From Alistipes sp. UBA943 (GTDB lineage: Bacteria; Bacteroidota; Bacteroidia; Bacteroidales; Rikenellaceae): DNA of 53,079 bases. Below the pieces are notes generated by a model that did not search any database, was not told the origin of the DNA, and saw only the letters and a program-made list of their open reading frames with translations. The stretch covers positions 1 to 53,079 of the forward strand of contig DBDB01000010.1 of the NCBI GenBank assembly GCA_002293345.1, written 5' to 3'. The position numbers and the translations under genes are program-made. Of the stretch, positions 17,920 through 30,154 are shown one piece after another (within the stretch, counting starts at the first letter, position 1; the number at the start of each line of letters is the position of its first letter).

Positions 17920-20620
17920 AGTCGCAGTACCGGCATGTGTGCACCGGGTCATTGCACTGTGTGAACGGGATCGTTTCGTCGAACAGTTCGGTGAGTGTGG
18001 TGCGCAGGAGCACCTCGAATTCATTTTTGTACGCGGAGTAGGGTAGCCCGGTGGCGTCACGCTCCTTGTCGACGAGCAGCGGCGAGTAGTCGGGGCGGTA
18101 CATATCGCGTACATAGTATAAATTAGGGATGGAATCCCCCTCGGATGAACTCATCATCGAGTACAGGAGCGTCTGGATGATGGCAGACTGCCGTTGCTTT
18201 CCATCGCCATGGAATAAGTCCCCCAGACTTTTGAACTCTAAGTGTGGCTCCCCTGTCTTATAATCGATTATTCGGATTTTCGCGGGTGCTTTTCGCACCT
18301 CCTTGTCGTTCAGTCGGTCATGTACTTCGGGTACACTCCCTCCTTCTCTCTGTCGCTCGGTGCAAAAATCCCTCCCCGAAATTTCCGAAAATCCTTCTAT
18401 CCGATCAATCCGATCGGCCACCCCCGCGAACCGCACGGATCTATCGGGTGCGAAGGTGAAGTCGTGATGAATTTGCTGTTCGAGTGCGATGGTGGTAAAG
18501 TCTGGATTCGCCCGGTCATACGCCACGACGTTACGTACGTAATGTGACGCTATCTCTTTGATCAGCAGCAGGTTGCCGGTATATGTTTCGGGCGACGCGT
18601 CGGGATTTCGGAGGTAGTTTTCGTTGATGGCTCTGATGACGGCGGTCTCGACACGGGCCGCAGCCTCCGTACCTCCGGCATCTCCGATAGAGATGCCTTC
18701 GCCAACGGAGGCACTGGCCCCGTACAGGTACTGCAACGCGCTGTGCAGGATGGTACCGAACATGGGTGCATCGACCTCATCGCCAACGGGATCCGCGGGA
18801 CGCAACCCGGCAATGGAGTGGAAGTAGAATTTGAGGGGGCAGGCGATGTACCTGAAAAAACTGGTCGGAGAGATCTTCCACGGGGCGGCGTCTGCACACG
18901 CGCCTGCGGGGCGCGGCGCATCGACACTCGCCATCGGCAGCAGGAATTGTCTCAATTTTTCCGCCACCTCGCCAGTTTTTGGCACCGCGATGGGAGTGAT
19001 TTCGACACGGTCGATATCTATCCCGACTGTATGACGGCTGATTTTGTGCGGCGACTCATATTCGAGTTGGTATATGTATCGCGACGGTTCACCGGTGGTT
19101 TTCTCATCGGCATGGGAGCAGTAGAGCAGGTGCACATTTTCGGCACGTTGGAGGAGTCGGTAGAAGAGGTATGCTTGCGTCCCTTCGTGATATTCGGGTG
19201 TCGGCAGACCGTATGCTGCACGCAGGTTATAGGGCACGAACGAGGCGTTGGAGGTATGTTTGCCGGGGAACACATCGTCGCTGCATGATAGTACGATGAC
19301 GTTTTTGAAGTCGATGTTTCGCGTTTCGAGAATACCCATCACCTGGATGCCGTCGAGGGGTTCCCCTTCGTACGGGATACGGAGTGATTGGAGGTGTTTT
19401 CGGGCGATTGCGGTGAATGTTTTCGGCGAGTAATCGACGCGGCATTCATCGAGCGAATTGGCGAGTTTGGTGAGTTCTTCGTTGAGATAGTTTGCTATAG
19501 GATTTTCTGATAGAATATTTTGAAACGATAGTTTTTTCTTATCGTCCCCTTGCTCCCACTCGGCATATTCATGGCTTTGCCTGAGGGGGTATCCCATCGT
19601 CACGTTTACCTTCAAATCGGCCGGCAATGCGTGTAGGAGCGGGATTAGGAGACTTTCATCGGTCAGCACGATGGCAGTCTCTTTGCCGAGGGTGCCAAAA
19701 GTGCGTTGCAGGCCCCTGAGAAGCGTATTTACGTGTTTGCACTGGATGGCATTGGAGGTCGTTGATGTGATGTCTATCTGTTTGTCTCTTAGGAAGTTGT
19801 CGTGTGTTACTTCAAGTGATGCTTTAAATGACTGTACGTTTTCTCTCAAAAATACACCTGCCTCCTGAAATTTATCATCCACATAATAGTTATCGAAATC
19901 CCACACGAATTCGGCATTTCGAGAGAGGTGTTTGAATAGGCGTAACTCGCACTGGGTTAGGGCGTTGAATCCAACTATTATATACTCCTTTTCGGACTCG
20001 AAACCGTCGTTTTTGAGACGTTCCACAGCATCGCGATGCACCATTCCCGGATACGCGATCACCTGTTCGGCAAGACGCGACTTAAATGTTTGATACACAG
20101 GAGATAGCGTCTTCCAAATCTTCAAGAATCGCTGTTTTTCGACGCTCACGGCACCCTCTTCGGCAAAGTTGCTCCAAAACTGTCGAATGAGTTGCAGTTG
20201 GTCTATTGAAAGATATGATATATCTGCTTCCAACTCTTTGATATCCAGAATGTTACGGAACAGCATATCGGCATCGACAAGGTATTTGTCGACGGTATCG
20301 AAATCGGAGAGCAGCAGGTCTCCCCATGCATAGAATTTATCGAATGACTCATCGTGAAATTGTGAGTACACGCGGTACAATTCCACGATCAGGCGTGTCC
20401 GGTCGGCGATTTTGAGTGGCGACAGTTCGGACATAAGGGAGTCGATCGTGGCAAATTTCGGTTGCCAGATGGGGCGTCCTGCGGCGATACTGATGGAACG
20501 CAACTCGTCGATGAAAAAAAGCTGCGCCCGTCGCGATGGGAAGACGATTTCGAGGTTTGAAATCCCGTCCCCATAGCGTTCGTAGAGGGTATTGGCAAGT
20601 TCGTGCAAAAAGGTTTTCAC
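17897..20620 (-). CDS. PD-(D/E)XK nuclease, AddB-like
   Basis: IVFPSRRA, QVMGILETRNIDF, CPLKFYF, GVADRID, IIDYKTG, C-terminal CRYCDFKEIC. Confidence 0.85.
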   Translation of the reverse strand: MKTFLHELANTLYERYGDGISNLEIVFPSRRAQLFFIDELRSISIAAGRPIWQPKFATIDSLMSELSPLKIADRTRLIVELYRVYSQFHDESFDKFYAWGDLLLSDFDTVDKYLVDADMLFRNILDIKELEADISYLSIDQLQLIRQFWSNFAEEGAVSVEKQRFLKIWKTLSPVYQTFKSRLAEQVIAYPGMVHRDAVERLKNDGFESEKEYIIVGFNALTQCELRLFKHLSRNAEFVWDFDNYYVDDKFQEAGVFLRENVQSFKASLEVTHDNFLRDKQIDITSTTSNAIQCKHVNTLLRGLQRTFGTLGKETAIVLTDESLLIPLLHALPADLKVNVTMGYPLRQSHEYAEWEQGDDKKKLSFQNILSENPIANYLNEELTKLANSLDECRVDYSPKTFTAIARKHLQSLRIPYEGEPLDGIQVMGILETRNIDFKNVIVLSCSDDVFPGKHTSNASFVPYNLRAAYGLPTPEYHEGTQAYLFYRLLQRAENVHLLYCSHADEKTTGEPSRYIYQLEYESPHKISRHTVGIDIDRVEITPIAVPKTGEVAEKLRQFLLPMASVDAPRPAGACADAAPWKISPTSFFRYIACPLKFYFHSIAGLRPADPVGDEVDAPMFGTILHSALQYLYGASASVGEGISIGDAGGTEAAARVETAVIRAINENYLRNPDASPETYTGNLLLIKEIASHYVRNVVAYDRANPDFTTIALEQQIHHDFTFAPDRSVRFAGVADRIDRIEGFSEISGRDFCTERQREGGSVPEVHDRLNDKEVRKAPAKIRIIDYKTGEPHLEFKSLGDLFHGDGKQRQSAIIQTLLYSMMSSSEGDSIPNLYYVRDMYRPDYSPLLVDKERDATGLPYSAYKNEFEVLLRTTLTELFDETIPFTQCNDPVHTCRYCDFKEICKR
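18274..18394. mobile_element. Palindromic miniature element (family A variant), in frame within the addB-like gene
   Basis: GGATTTTCG...CGAAAATCC arms; GCAAAAATCCCTC shared with the nadE insert; sits between DRID and IIDYK. Confidence 0.7.
18654..18720 (-). repeat. Hairpin element (family B), in frame within the addB-like gene
   Basis: Close copy of 22754-22820; encodes ASASVGEGISIGDAGGTEAAAR. Confidence 0.8.
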
Positions 20621-20658
20621 GGCAGTGAAATTACGAAAATTTTGGCTATTTTTACACG

Positions 20659-23600
20659 ATGCGAGCGAAAATTCTCAACGCGAGTGCAGGATCGGGCAAG
20701 ACGTGGCAGTTGGCGTATAAATATGTGCGTGACGTCATCGAGATGCCGATTTTGTACCGTCATATTCTGGCTGTCACGTTCACCAACAAGGCGACGGAGG
20801 AGATGAAGTCGCGTATCCTGACCGAGATCCATAAGCTGGCGATTGGTGATGAAAGCGGTTATTTGGACCCTTTGCAGCGCGATTTGGGACTCACGTCGGA
20901 CGAGATACACGCACGAGCGCGCGAAGTACAGTCGTGCCTGCTGCACGACTACTCACACTTTAGTGTGATGACGTTGGACCGATTTTTCCAACGTGTACTT
21001 CGCGCGCTCGTGCGTGAGTTGGGTCTGGATCTGAACTACAACGTGGAGATCGACACGCAGGGGGTTTTGTCACGGAGTGCCGACGCGTTGGTGGAGGAGA
21101 TCCGCGTGGACGATGCGCTAAGGAAGTGGCTGGCGGCATTCGTGGAGGAGCGTGTCGAGGAGGGAAAACGGTGGGACGTTCGCGAGGGGATTTTATCGCT
21201 GGGCGATGAACTATTCAAGGATTTTTGTGTTGAAAGTGCCGCCAATAAGGAGGAGCTGGAACGCATTGTCAACGAGGCGGTTAAGTCGGCAAACGCCACA
21301 CAAAATCAGTATCGCGCGCTGTGTGCCGGGGCGGTGGATCGGGTAGAGAACAAGACCGCGAACCGTTACCTGCAAAATGTGGCATCGAGCTCCGGCCTGC
21401 CTCCCGAACCCAACAAAACGGTACGCAAACAGGATGTGCTGACGGACGTCTGTGACTTTTACGACACGCATATCCGCATGTGGAACACCGCCTCGTTGTT
21501 GCGCGAGAACTACCGCAGTTTCGCCCTGCTATGGGATTTACGCATGCAGGTGCAACGCCTCTGTCAGGAGGAGAACGTGATGATGCTATCAGACACGAAA
21601 CATATTCTGGCAGAGTTCATTCGCCATAACGACACACCGTTCATATACGAAAAAGTCGGCAATCGTTTCGACCGATTTCTGATCGACGAATTTCAAGACA
21701 CGTCACGTCGCGAGTGGGAGAACTTTCTGCCGCTGTTGCACAACGCGATGGCCGAAAGTACGGCCGAGAGCGTGCTGATCGTGGGCGACGTGAAACAGTC
21801 CATTTACCGATGGCGCGGCGGGGACTGGCGACTGTTGGGCTACGAGGCCTCCGAATCGTTACGCGATGCCGACATCATCCACCTACAAGATAACTTCCGC
21901 AGCCTTCCCGAGGTGGTACGGTTCAACAACGACCTGATCGCCCGTGTCGTCGAAGCGGGAAACGGGCAACTGAATGAGTTACTCCCGCCGGGATTGACGG
22001 GTGAACTGGGTGACACCCTGCGACGTGCCTACACACATCACTCGCAGACTCCGAAAAAGGAGCAAGGCGGTTATGTCTCCGTGACGCCCTGCAACGAGGA
22101 ACCACCTGTCGTGGAGCGTATTCAGGCGATTCTGGATTTGGGCTACACGCCTCGCGATATCCTGATTTTGGTGCGTACACGTGCTGAAGGGGCACGGGTG
22201 GCGGAGACGCTGTTGGAGTTCAAACGACACAACACGGACCCCCGTTACGCGTTCGATATCATGACTCAGGAGGCTCTGGCGGTGGATGCGGCGCCGGTGG
22301 TAGGGTTCGTCATATCCAATTTGCGTCTCTCTCTCGATTTGAAGGACGGCATCTCCAAGGCGATTTTCAACCGGTTTCTGGACCGTAATTTCGCGACGGA
22401 GTTGAGTGAGGATGAGGTAGTGTTTTTTGAAACGTTGCGACATCTGTCGCCCGAGGAGGCGTTCGAGCGTATCGTGATGCGTTTCGGATTGGGGGCGGAG
22501 GATGCGTCGTCGTCCGAGATCGCTTACCTGCAGGCATTACATGAACAGATCATCGCGTTCTGCACGAACCGTACGCCCGACACGTCGCTGTACCTGCAAT
22601 ATTGGGATGACAAGGGCCATGCGGAATCATTGCGTGTCGGAGCGAGTGCCACGACGATCGAGATCCTGACGATCCACAAAGCCAAGGGACTCGAAAACAA
22701 GGTCATCCTGATGCCATACTGCAACTGGGCATTGAATTCCAAGGGGATAGTCTGGGCCAGTGCCTCCACTGGCGGAGGCATCTCTAACGGAGATGCCGGA
22801 GGTGCGGAGGCTGCGGCCCGGAGAGAGACCTTTCCCGTGAAGTTCAAGGCGGCGATGAGCGAGTCCGATTTCTCGGCGGATTACTACCGCGAGATGGTCT
22901 ATTCGCATGTCGATGCGGTGAATCTGCTGTATGTGGCTGTGACACGGGCCGTGGAGCAGCTGCATGTGTTTATTCCCGTCACGACGAACGCCAAGGGTGA
23001 AACCCACGCGCGCGGCATCGGTCAGTTGGTCCTGGATGCGGTCAGGTCGATGGGGCAGTGTGAATTCGGCGCTTTCCGGGCCGCCCCGCCCAAACACGCA
23101 CCCCCGCGGGGCGCCTCCGCACCGCCCCCCAAAGAACGTGGGGGCGCAGCTCCGGCACCGGTCCCGATGGTTCTGCCATCCTACCCGACGTCACTGCCTG
23201 ATATGAAGTTGCGTCTGAAGGGCACTTTGGATGACGAAGGATCAGGGCGGAAGATGGGAATCCTGTTGCACCGCGCGTTCGAGCATGCCGCGACGGCGGA
23301 GGATATTTTCGACGCGATCCGTGGCATGGAAATCGACGGGGTAGTCGCTCCCGTGGAGTCCGAGAGGCTTACCGAGGCGGTCCGAACGGCACTCGAAAAC
23401 CCCGACGTGGCGGAGTGGTTCATTTCCGCTTGGGACGAGATCCGTACCGAGAGTAGCATCGTCACGCCCGATGGGATGTTGCGTCCGGACAGGGTGATGA
23501 TCTCACCGGAGCGGGTTGTGGTGGTGGATTACAAGTTCGGCGAGGTGGAATTGCCGTCGCACCGCACCCAGGTGTTACGTTACGTCGACCTGCTGCGCCA

Positions 23601-23670
23601 AATGGGATATCCCCGCGTCGAGGGATACGTTTGGTACGTGATGCGAGGGAAGGTTATCGAGAACTGCTAA
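20659..23670 (+). CDS. UvrD-type helicase-nuclease, AddA-like
   Basis: ASAGSGKT, VTFTNKAT, IDEFQDTS, VGDVKQSIYRWRGG, TIHKAKGLE, LLYVAVTRA, C-terminal VVDYK. Confidence 0.9.
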   Translation: MRAKILNASAGSGKTWQLAYKYVRDVIEMPILYRHILAVTFTNKATEEMKSRILTEIHKLAIGDESGYLDPLQRDLGLTSDEIHARAREVQSCLLHDYSHFSVMTLDRFFQRVLRALVRELGLDLNYNVEIDTQGVLSRSADALVEEIRVDDALRKWLAAFVEERVEEGKRWDVREGILSLGDELFKDFCVESAANKEELERIVNEAVKSANATQNQYRALCAGAVDRVENKTANRYLQNVASSSGLPPEPNKTVRKQDVLTDVCDFYDTHIRMWNTASLLRENYRSFALLWDLRMQVQRLCQEENVMMLSDTKHILAEFIRHNDTPFIYEKVGNRFDRFLIDEFQDTSRREWENFLPLLHNAMAESTAESVLIVGDVKQSIYRWRGGDWRLLGYEASESLRDADIIHLQDNFRSLPEVVRFNNDLIARVVEAGNGQLNELLPPGLTGELGDTLRRAYTHHSQTPKKEQGGYVSVTPCNEEPPVVERIQAILDLGYTPRDILILVRTRAEGARVAETLLEFKRHNTDPRYAFDIMTQEALAVDAAPVVGFVISNLRLSLDLKDGISKAIFNRFLDRNFATELSEDEVVFFETLRHLSPEEAFERIVMRFGLGAEDASSSEIAYLQALHEQIIAFCTNRTPDTSLYLQYWDDKGHAESLRVGASATTIEILTIHKAKGLENKVILMPYCNWALNSKGIVWASASTGGGISNGDAGGAEAAARRETFPVKFKAAMSESDFSADYYREMVYSHVDAVNLLYVAVTRAVEQLHVFIPVTTNAKGETHARGIGQLVLDAVRSMGQCEFGAFRAAPPKHAPPRGASAPPPKERGGAAPAPVPMVLPSYPTSLPDMKLRLKGTLDDEGSGRKMGILLHRAFEHAATAEDIFDAIRGMEIDGVVAPVESERLTEAVRTALENPDVAEWFISAWDEIRTESSIVTPDGMLRPDRVMISPERVVVVDYKFGEVELPSHRTQVLRYVDLLRQMGYPRVEGYVWYVMRGKVIENC
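22754..22820 (+). repeat. Hairpin element (family B), in frame within the addA-like gene
   Basis: GGGCCAGTGCCTCC...GGCATCTCTAACGGAGATGCC...GGAGGCTGCGGCCC; encodes ASASTGGGISNGDAGGAEAAAR. Confidence 0.8.
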
Positions 23671-23998
23671 CCGCCTCTTCGATTTGGATTTTGATCGTCG
23701 GAATAATGTTACGCACGACGTCCCAGACGATGAAATAGTTAATCCACATATAGTCGTGGATCAACCGATCTCGCATCCCGGCCATGTTTTTCCATGAGAT
23801 ATTGCCCCATTTGAGTTTGATGTCGACCGGAATTTTCTTGGTTGCCTCACCGATAATTTCGAGGCTCCGCACAACAGCACGTTTGAGCGTTTCGTCGTGC
23901 ATGAACACCTCCTCGCTCACCTCGGGCGTGATGACTGAAATGATGTAGTCACACTCATCAAGGATGTGGCGCAGCAATTCGACGTAATTTTTATACAT
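23654..23998 (-). CDS. HEPN (DUF86/HepT-like) toxin
   Basis: AVVRSLEIIGEA and RDRLIHDY (Rx4H) motifs. Confidence 0.9.
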   Translation of the reverse strand: MYKNYVELLRHILDECDYIISVITPEVSEEVFMHDETLKRAVVRSLEIIGEATKKIPVDIKLKWGNISWKNMAGMRDRLIHDYMWINYFIVWDVVRNIIPTIKIQIEEAVSSSR

Positions 23999-24287
23999 AC
24001 ACCACTTCGTTTAGGATGTGACGTCCGATATATGGACTGAGACCTTTTCGGGTAACCACGTCGATATGTTCCCCCTTGAGCTTATCTTCCAAAATATCGT
24101 ATGCGGAGAGAAAATTTGAGTACGTTTCCTCACCTGTCTCAAAATCCAAAAGAATATCTATGTCGCTATCCGTCCCTGCTTGTCCGCGTGCGGAAGAGCC
24201 GAACAGTCCCACCTCCGACACACCGACCTGTTCGAGAAGTTCTTTTGAATGACGTAAGATCGTGATTATTTCATCTGTCGACAACAT
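23991..24287 (-). CDS. Minimal nucleotidyltransferase (MNT) antitoxin
   Basis: LFGSSARG..DSDIDIL; overlaps the HEPN gene. Confidence 0.9.
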   Translation of the reverse strand: MLSTDEIITILRHSKELLEQVGVSEVGLFGSSARGQAGTDSDIDILLDFETGEETYSNFLSAYDILEDKLKGEHIDVVTRKGLSPYIGRHILNEVVYV

Positions 24288-24596
24288 GGCGCAAATATAA
24301 TAAAAAAATCACTATATTTGCCCCCATCAATAGAGCACAACTCTTTGATCCCATTCACTAAACTTGCGCCCATCGGAAACGATGGTGTTTAAAAATCGGG
24401 TCGAGGTTGTACGCTCGGAGTGTGTGCCTATTTATTTAGGACCTCCGGTGCGGGACAATAATCCGGTTTGAGGTTCGCAAGACCAAGTGATGGGAAAATT
24501 GTTTCCGCACTTTTTCATTTCGGGATAAAAATATTCTAAAAAGTCAAAAAAGTCGGGAACGGGGCAATTATTTATATAATTTTTCGTTTCATTGGT

Positions 24597-25037
24597 ATGA
24601 ACAAGCTTTTGGGCAAGTGGCAGATGCGCTGCTGGAATTATAACACGCCGGACGGGTGGAAGACGTTCCGTAGATTTCGCTCCGGGGAGCAGGTTTGGGA
24701 GTTCCAGCCCCATGGCGTTCTTGTCGAGCGAAAACCCGGTCAGAAGCCCGTACAACGTAAATATCGGTACGATGAGGAGGCCGAAGTGTTGATGATCGAG
24801 TACCAACGCAAACCGGCACGTTATCGTTTGGATTTCGTGAATTTCAAGTACGCTATTTTTTATGATTTCGATATTCGTGTTATTGATTCTGAGGAGCATC
24901 TGGTGACGATGGAACTCGAAAAATTGATGGGTTCGACAACGCAACGTTTTTTTTTATTCCGTCAGCTATTGGGCCGCGCCTCCATTATTTTATTGTGGTT
25001 CGCCTCCCTCGCCACCTTCGTTCGCGATGGTCTCTGA
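24597..25037 (+). CDS. Hypothetical protein, lipocalin-like N-terminal GxW motif
   Basis: MNKLLGKWQ; beta-rich; C-terminal end uncertain. Confidence 0.55.
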   Translation: MNKLLGKWQMRCWNYNTPDGWKTFRRFRSGEQVWEFQPHGVLVERKPGQKPVQRKYRYDEEAEVLMIEYQRKPARYRLDFVNFKYAIFYDFDIRVIDSEEHLVTMELEKLMGSTTQRFFLFRQLLGRASIILLWFASLATFVRDGL

Positions 25038-25428
25038 TCTCTCCGTTTTTTTCCCCACTGTTCGCTTTTTCTTACTCAACTGTCGCTTTTTTGAAAAAAA
25101 GCTCCTGCAAAAAACTTCAGGAGATGCTTTGCATCTCCATAATTTGCGCGCCCACCAATCTCAAATTCTTTCAGAATTTTTGTGTCCAAAAATCAAATAT
25201 CTGCTTTCAAATAAATTTGACGCAGCCTTTTGATTTTCGTCCCCGACCCTTTCAGGGTCTGCGATTTTGGTCGCGAGGACAAGAGCTCCGCAGGAGCTCG
25301 TTCGTTTGGCGGGGAGGTTCGACGGGAGTTCACTCACGAAAGAACCTGCACGCTAAATGAACTGAAACGCTGAAAGCGTTTGTCCTCTCGCAGAAGGAGG
25401 GATACGAAGTATCCAGAAAAGTTTTTGG

Positions 25429-25457
25429 TGCCGCTTTTCACCAAAAAGCGGCGGTCT
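25429..25457. repeat. 29-bp hairpin repeat, probable terminator
   Basis: Reverse complement of 8623-8651, downstream of the M23 gene. Confidence 0.7.
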
Positions 25458-25480
25458 TAAAGGTCTTGAAAAAGAAAATT

Positions 25481-26416
25481 CTAATCGAACGACTGCATGC
25501 CCGATTCGGCGATACGCATGATACGTTGATACTCCTCGGGTGACAGTTCCATGAAGAAGTAGTGAATCGGATCGACACGCATGCGGTTGTGGCGCACTTC
25601 GTAATGGAGGTGTGGTGCGAGTGAGAGACCCGTGTCACCCGAGAGGGCGATGATGTCGCCACGGCGGACGGACTGTCCCCGTGTCACGTTCACGGCCATC
25701 AGGTGGCTGTACGACGTTTCGTACCCATTGCCATGGTCTATGACGACGGTTTTTCCGGCCGTGGAGCGCTCCGCAATCTCCTTGATATGCCCGTCCGCCG
25801 TGGCGAACACGCGCGATCCCTCCGGCACGGCGTAATCGACACCCTGATGCGACTCCAACGTGCGGTAAAACGGATGGATACGCATGCCGTAGGATGAGGT
25901 GAGGAGGGTAAGTTGCTTGTTCAGGACGGGTTGAATGGCGGGTATGTAGTTGCGTCCGCTGCCGACGGAATCCATTTGCGATTGCAGGGCGAGGTACGAG
26001 TCGTTGAGTTTGGCGAGTTCCTGCTCCATGCCATCGAGACGTGTCCTGAATTCCCTCACCAGACGCCTGTCCGAACGCCCGATCAGCTCCTCGTACGAGG
26101 CCAGTTCCTTGGCACGCTCCTCGGAATCGAAGTCGTAGGGTGTGGACTCGAACAGCAATCCGAATACATTTTGGTCGCGTGCCGCGACGTTGTCCATCAC
26201 GGTGAGCAGCGAATCGTAACGCTCCTCCAGGCGTTTGTACTCGGTACGCATGCGACGTGTGGATTTTTTGAGTTCGTACTCGACGGGCGTGTCGAAGAAC
26301 AGGGAGATCAGGATGTAATAGAGTACCAGCGCACCGATCCAGACGAGCGCCTGAAACGTGATACGTATCACGCGTTGCCTGATGGTCGACTGTTTGGCCG
26401 GTTTATTCATCGTCAT
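25481..26416 (-). CDS. M23 family peptidase
   Basis: HQGVD and HLHYEV motifs. Confidence 0.92.
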   Translation of the reverse strand: MTMNKPAKQSTIRQRVIRITFQALVWIGALVLYYILISLFFDTPVEYELKKSTRRMRTEYKRLEERYDSLLTVMDNVAARDQNVFGLLFESTPYDFDSEERAKELASYEELIGRSDRRLVREFRTRLDGMEQELAKLNDSYLALQSQMDSVGSGRNYIPAIQPVLNKQLTLLTSSYGMRIHPFYRTLESHQGVDYAVPEGSRVFATADGHIKEIAERSTAGKTVVIDHGNGYETSYSHLMAVNVTRGQSVRRGDIIALSGDTGLSLAPHLHYEVRHNRMRVDPIHYFFMELSPEEYQRIMRIAESGMQSFD

Positions 26417-27356
26417 CCATTATATCGAGATTCAACTCGGTCATCTGCTCCATCAGACGCTCGTACTCCTCGTTGGTCATGTTTCGGTTGAAGTAGTTGA
26501 TGGGATTCACGACGGAGCCATTATGTATCACTTCGTAGTGCAAGTGCGGCCCGGTGGAGGCACCTGTACTGCCTACACGGCCAATCAATTGGCCGCGAGC
26601 GACACGCTCGCCGGGCCGCACGTAGACGGTCGACAGATGCGCGTAACGTGTCTGGTACCCGAACTGGTGATCGAGCAGGATCTGTTTGCCATACCCGCGC
26701 AGGCGTGGATTGATGTCCGCTTCCTTGACGGTGGCATCGCCCGTGGCATAGACGGCATCGCCTGTGGAGGCGGCCATATCGACACCTTTATGGAAGATTC
26801 GCTGGTGGTGAATGGGATGAATTCGGTACCCGAACGCCCCGATACCGCGACGGAGTGCCTGTCGGTCGATGGGCCAGATGGCCGGAATGGCGGACGACAT
26901 GTTGTCTTTGTTGCGTGCGAGGATCTGCAGTTCGTCGAGCGACACGGAGGTACGGTACAACTCGCGACCGAACCGATCAAGTTGTTTCCACGTGGAGGTC
27001 ATCAGGGGGGTGTAATCATCCCCGTCGAGAGCGGCGTATTTCCCCGCCGGATAGGGTGTGTAGGCTCCGGGGATATCCAGCGTATCGGCGGAGAAAAGTG
27101 ATCGGTAGACATAGTTGTCGCGGTGGTGCATCTCATCGAGACGCTGCTGATCGGTACGTATGCGGTCTTGAAGGAGGTAATATTTGAGCACCATCTCCTC
27201 GTTGTCACGCAGGATCCGGTACATTTTCGGGGTGTAGAAGACGTTCGAGAAGACGACATTGGCGATCGACACGACGATAAAGACGAGCAGAATCTTCCGT
27301 ACCGTCCGATAGGCACGCAAGCGCAGGTTGGCCTTCTTCTTTTTCTGCGGCTTCAT
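26403..27356 (-). CDS. M23 family peptidase (tandem paralogue)
   Basis: HKGVD, YAHLS, TGPHLHYEV. Confidence 0.92.
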   Translation of the reverse strand: MKPQKKKKANLRLRAYRTVRKILLVFIVVSIANVVFSNVFYTPKMYRILRDNEEMVLKYYLLQDRIRTDQQRLDEMHHRDNYVYRSLFSADTLDIPGAYTPYPAGKYAALDGDDYTPLMTSTWKQLDRFGRELYRTSVSLDELQILARNKDNMSSAIPAIWPIDRQALRRGIGAFGYRIHPIHHQRIFHKGVDMAASTGDAVYATGDATVKEADINPRLRGYGKQILLDHQFGYQTRYAHLSTVYVRPGERVARGQLIGRVGSTGASTGPHLHYEVIHNGSVVNPINYFNRNMTNEEYERLMEQMTELNLDIMDDDE

Positions 27357-27394
27357 TTGGCAAATTTAGCGGAAATTATGTAGTTTTGCAAACT

Positions 27395-30150
<2,756 letters not shown>

Positions 30151-30154
<4 letters not shown>

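Noticed and set aside
23654-24287. HEPN-MNT pair as a novel system
   Set aside because: A well-known toxin-antitoxin family with canonical motifs.
24432-24944. 170-aa minus-strand ORF
   Set aside because: Overlaps the more plausible plus-strand ORF and its leader; no recognisable features.
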